This document shows positions 59,991 to 64,000 of a stretch of DNA of 64,000 nt, in pieces (position 1 is the first letter of the stretch; the number at the start of each line of letters is the position of its first letter). The DNA lies in contig BFEA01000011.1 in NCBI GenBank assembly GCA_003427395.1, forward strand, positions 2,494,002 to 2,558,001. Reading direction: 5' to 3'. The notes under the pieces were generated by a model. That model had not been told where the DNA came from, made no database searches, and worked only from the letters and a program-made list of their open reading frames with translations. The stretch is from Chara braunii (taxonomy: Eukaryota; Plantae; Charophyceae). Both the position numbers and the translations under genes were made by a program.

Positions 59991-62900
59991 CGAAGAGTCT
60001 CATGGTCGACGACCGATCCATTTGACGAAGATGGAGGTTGGAATTTTTTCGCTACAACAGAGGAGAAGCGACGTTGGAATGTCTGTGTTGAGGCCATCTT
60101 GGCCGATAGTGGGGACAGCTGAGTGTGGGATGGGGGAGGGAGGGAAGGTGGGGGGGGGACCGTCGGACGTTGTTAGTTATGGGGGATGGGATTGAGTTGT
60201 CTGTGCTTGATAGGGTGGGGTTGGTTGATCCAGTCGTTCCTTTGTTTTTTTTTTTCAATCAATTAATTAATTTATTTATCCTATCCCTTAAGCACCATTG
60301 GCCGCAGGGGGGAGGTCCATGACACGCTGCACGCCAGATTCGGGTCGAAGTTCTGGTGAGGGGCGGCGGATGAAGGCGATCGAGGGCGAGGGAGTGTGCA
60401 GAGGGGTGTGAGTACCGAAATGTTCACAGCGCGCCATTAAACGAGAGGACGCGCCCCAGGGGCGGGGCACACGGCTGGCGTTGATGCGGACAACATCCTG
60501 GAGGCAAGCCATCCGATATGCGGGCTTTTTTTTTTTTTTTTCCCAGTTGGCCGTCGTTTTGTGTCCCCCTTCTCCTTTTCTTTTCTTTTACCTGTCTATG
60601 TGGAGAGATCCGCTCTTACCTCACTTTCGTTGTTTGCTTTCAATTATCTGTTTGTCTTTGAGGGTGGAGTCGTGTGTTGTTTTTTCCGGGTGCGGCTTGG
60701 TTTCAGCAGTACACCGGAGTTGAGATCATCAAGCTCTGGTACATCGGCTACAGGCGTCTGCTGTATGCTTGCCTTGTCAGGGACCTGGTCGGGACTATNN
60801 NNNNNNNNNNNNNNNNNNNNNNNNNNNNNNNNNNNNNNNNNNNNNNNNNNNNNNNNNNNNNNNNNNNNNNNNNNNNNNNNNNNNNNNNNNNNNNNNNNNN
60901 NNNNNNNNNNNNNNNNNNNNNNNNNNNNNNNNNNNNNNNNNNNNNNNNNNNNNNNNNNNNNNNNNNNNNNNNNNNNNNNNNNNNNNNNNNNNNNNNNNNN
61001 NNNNNNNNNNNNNNNNNNNNNNNNNNNNNNNNNNNNNNNNNNNNNNNNNNNNNNNNNNNNNNNNNNNNNNNNNNNNNNNNNNNNNNNNNNNNNNNNNNNN
61101 NNNNNNNNNNNNNNNNNNNNNNNNNNNNNNNNNNNNNNNNNNNNNNNNNNNNNNNNNNNNNNNNNNNNNNNNNNNNNNNNNNNNNNNNNNNNNNNNNNNN
61201 NNNNNNNNNNNNNNNNNNNNNNNNNNNNNNNNNNNNNNNNNNNNNNNNNNNNNNNNNNNNNNNNNNNNNNNNNNNNNNNNNNNNNNNNNNNNNNNNNNNN
61301 NNNNNNNNNNNNNNNNNNNNNNNNNNNNNNNNNNNNNNNNNNNNNNNNNNNNNNNNNNNNNNNNNNNNNNNNNNNNNNNNNNNNNNNNNNNNNNNNNNNN
61401 NNNNNNNNNNNNNNNNNNNNNNNNNNNNNNNNNNNNNNNNNNNNNNNNNNNNNNNNNNNNNNNNNNNNNNNNNNNNNNNNNNNNNNNNNNNNNNNNNNNN
61501 NNNNNNNNNNNNNNNNNNNNNNNNNNNNNNNNNNNNNNNNNNNNNNNNNNNNNNNNNNNNNNNNNNNNNNNNNNNNNNNNNNNNNNNNNNNNNNNNNNNN
61601 NNNNNNNNNNNNNNNNNNNNNNNNNNNNNNNNNNNNNNNNNNNNNNNNNNNNNNNNNNNNNNNNNNNNTATGCTTGCCTTGTCAGGGACCTGGTCGGGAC
61701 TATACCCGGCTGGGGATGGATGGCGAGGGGAGGGTATGGATGGCAATGAGGGTGTGGGGGGGACGTGGATAGAAGAGGGGTGGGAGAAGGGGAGGAAGTT
61801 TTGGGGGGAGGGGGCAGTGGAGAGAGTTGGGATTTGGTGCGATCGTAACGATTGTGAGAGTGTGATTGGTGATTAGTTGTGGGGGCTACGTGGCCAGGTT
61901 ATGCGTTGGTTGCAGGGAAGGGGGGGAAAGGGAGGTGGGGGGGTTTGGAGGAAATGGTTGGTGTTGTCAAGTGGTGGTGGGAGGAGATGTGTTACTGCAG
62001 GTTTGGATGAATGCGATTCGCCAGGGGGCGGAGGAGTTTGGTGTCNNNNNNNNNNNNNNNNNNNNNNNNNNNNNNNNNNNNNNNNNNNNNNNNNNNNNNN
62101 NNNNNNNNNNNNNNNNNNNNNNNNNNNNNNNNNNNNNNNNNNNNNNNNNNNNNNNNNNNNNNNNNNNNNNNNNNNNNNNNNNNNNNNNNNNNNNNNNNNN
62201 NNNNNNNNNNNNNNNNNNNNNNNNNNNNNNNNNNNNNNNNNNNNNNNNNNNNNNNNNNNNNNNNNNNNNNNNNNNNNNNNNNNNNNNNNNNNNNNNNNNN
62301 NNNNNNNNNNNNNNNNNNNNNNNNNNNNNNNNNNNNNNNNNNNNNNNNNNNNNNNNNNNNNNNNNNNNNNNNNNNNNNNNNNNNNNNNNNNNNNNNNNNN
62401 NNNNNNNNNNNNNNNNNNNNNNNNNNNNNNNNNNNNNNNNNNNNNNNNNNNNNNNNNNNNNNNNNNNNNNNNNNNNNNNNNNNNNNNNNNNNNNNNNNNN
62501 NNNNNNNNNNNNNNNNNNNNNNNNNNNNNNNNNNNNNNNNNNNNNNNNNNNNNNNNNNNNNNNNNNNNNNNNNNNNNNNNNNNNNNNNNNNNNNNNNNNN
62601 NNNNNNNNNNNNNNNNNNNNNNNNNNNNNNNNNNNNNNNNNNNNNNNNNNNNNNNNNNNNNNNNNNNNNNNNNNNNNNNNNNNNNNNNNNNNNNNNNNNN
62701 NNNNNNNNNNNNNNNNNNNNNNNNNNNNNNNNNNNNNNNNGCGGTCTATTTCGTGTGGGCAAGGCCCTCGGGGCCTCGGCTTTCGCGATAGTGCAAAATA
62801 ACGCTACGGTGCGTTAATTTGCGCTCACCGAACAGCGCAGGCGTGTGCGATATGTTCTTACAGTTTTCATCACTAAGATAGAAATTATTTTTCCGGCAGT

Positions 62901-63235
62901 ATTATCAAGATCGTTTCCCTGACTTATTCCCCCATGCCATTTGACCAAGAGAGTAGACGATTGATCATTCTTGCTGACATTTACTTCTACCCGCACTGCA
63001 CATTTCCACATCACACAGGGTCTGAAACACCGAACTTCAGACACAATTTCAACAATGTTTCAAAAGACAGCAACCGATGACCGATTCCTGAGTGCAGAGC
63101 GTGGACACTGTATCTGAATGCAATCCAGCCTTATAGCCAACTAACTTCAAACTTTTGAAGTATTCAACACAAAACTTCAAGCTTTCAATCTCCTTCCATT
63201 GACGGTTTGTTGACATCAGCACTTTTACATTTGCA

Positions 63236-63342
63236 AAAGAAAAGAAACTAGCATACCAGATTAAAAAAAGAAAGAAACTAGCACACCAGATAAAGAAAAA
63301 AGAAACTAGCAAACCAGATTAAAAAAAGAAACTAGCATACCA
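63236..63342 (+). repeat. Short intronic tandem repeat, ~28 bp x4
   Basis: aaagaaactagca.accagatta repeated. Confidence 0.8.
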
Positions 63343-63469
63343 ACCAAAGTTGGAAGGCAGAGGGGAAGAGAGGGAGGAGTGAGAGAAGAAGATGCACGGA
63401 AAGAGAAAGAACGATATGCTCCCAGGGTCTTAGACTCTCGAGGCTGAGGCTGGCTTAAACAAGACCTAC

Positions 63470-63570
63470 CTCTTGAAGTGAATGAGAATCCACCGGAAGC
63501 AGAAAAAGTAGTTCAGACAGTCCACTTGCCGGAAATAATCATGTAATGGCTGATCCAGCAACAGCACCAA
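63470..63570 (-). CDS. TBC-domain Rab GTPase-activating protein (TBC1D15/Gyp7-like), third-last exon; gene continues beyond the window
   Basis: Manual translation LVLLLDQPLHDYFRQVDCLNYFFCFRWILIHFK(R), the conserved TBC C-terminal motif. Bounded by ttgcag acceptor and GTAGGT donor. 101 nt, and its phase-2 end matches the next exon. Confidence 0.93.
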
Positions 63571-64000
63571 CTGCAACACAGAACAGAAAGAGAGCTAAAA
63601 TTATAAACAGTCTACACATGCACTTCTTCAGACTACTACACAACAGTGCTCTTTCATTCTGTGCTATGAGGCACACTACCTGCCCACTGCCTCCCTCTCT
63701 TCACAAGATGCATGCCCTCGGTTCTTCAGGTGCTCTTTGCTCCTGTACTGTGAGGCATCACTCCCCTGTCCACTCCCTCCTCCTCTTCACGAGAGCATGC
63801 CTGTCAGCCCTTCAGGAACATGGAGGCCATCCATTCTGGCACTAAAACTACAGTGGTATCCACATATAACCTGTTCACAATGAACAATGGCCTGCAACCC
63901 ACAACCATTAGCAATTGTGATGGCACCTTTGCAACAAACACCACATGGGCTTCCGCTCATATCTGTTTGGCAGTTGTTGCCAAGTGATTATTCTTGAGGC

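Noticed and set aside
60561-62817. Long ORFs and a 33-bp direct repeat across the gap
   Set aside because: The ORFs are mostly X; the repeat is probably a contig-end overlap.

Overview
Eukaryotic nuclear scaffold with N-gaps, very rich in repeats. It comes from a green plant lineage; a charophyte alga such as Chara is inferred from the plastid fragments, plant-type U6, huge TE-filled introns and Nextera mate-pair adapters. The one well-supported host gene is the 3' part (three exons, minus strand) of a TBC-domain Rab GAP of the TBC1D15/Gyp7 type, with introns of about 22.3 kb and 5.8 kb. The large intron holds a stack of co-oriented L1/Tx1-like LINEs, solo LTRs nested in a LINE, and a U6 snRNA retrocopy with poly(A) and a 16-bp TSD. 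Outside the gene are another LINE, an apparently recombinant LTR, a Ty3-type gag pseudogene ending in a LINE-type 3' tail, and a 2-kb mosaic of plastid fragments (rps14, psb30, psbD, ccsA). There is also a 52-bp minisatellite and a pre-miRNA-like hairpin. The most striking item is a roughly 0.5-kb non-coding element in inverted arrangement at 15.3-16.5 kb that carries a type III hammerhead ribozyme fold with complementary loops. Two Nextera junction adapters are assembly artefacts. All calls are by eye; no database search was run.
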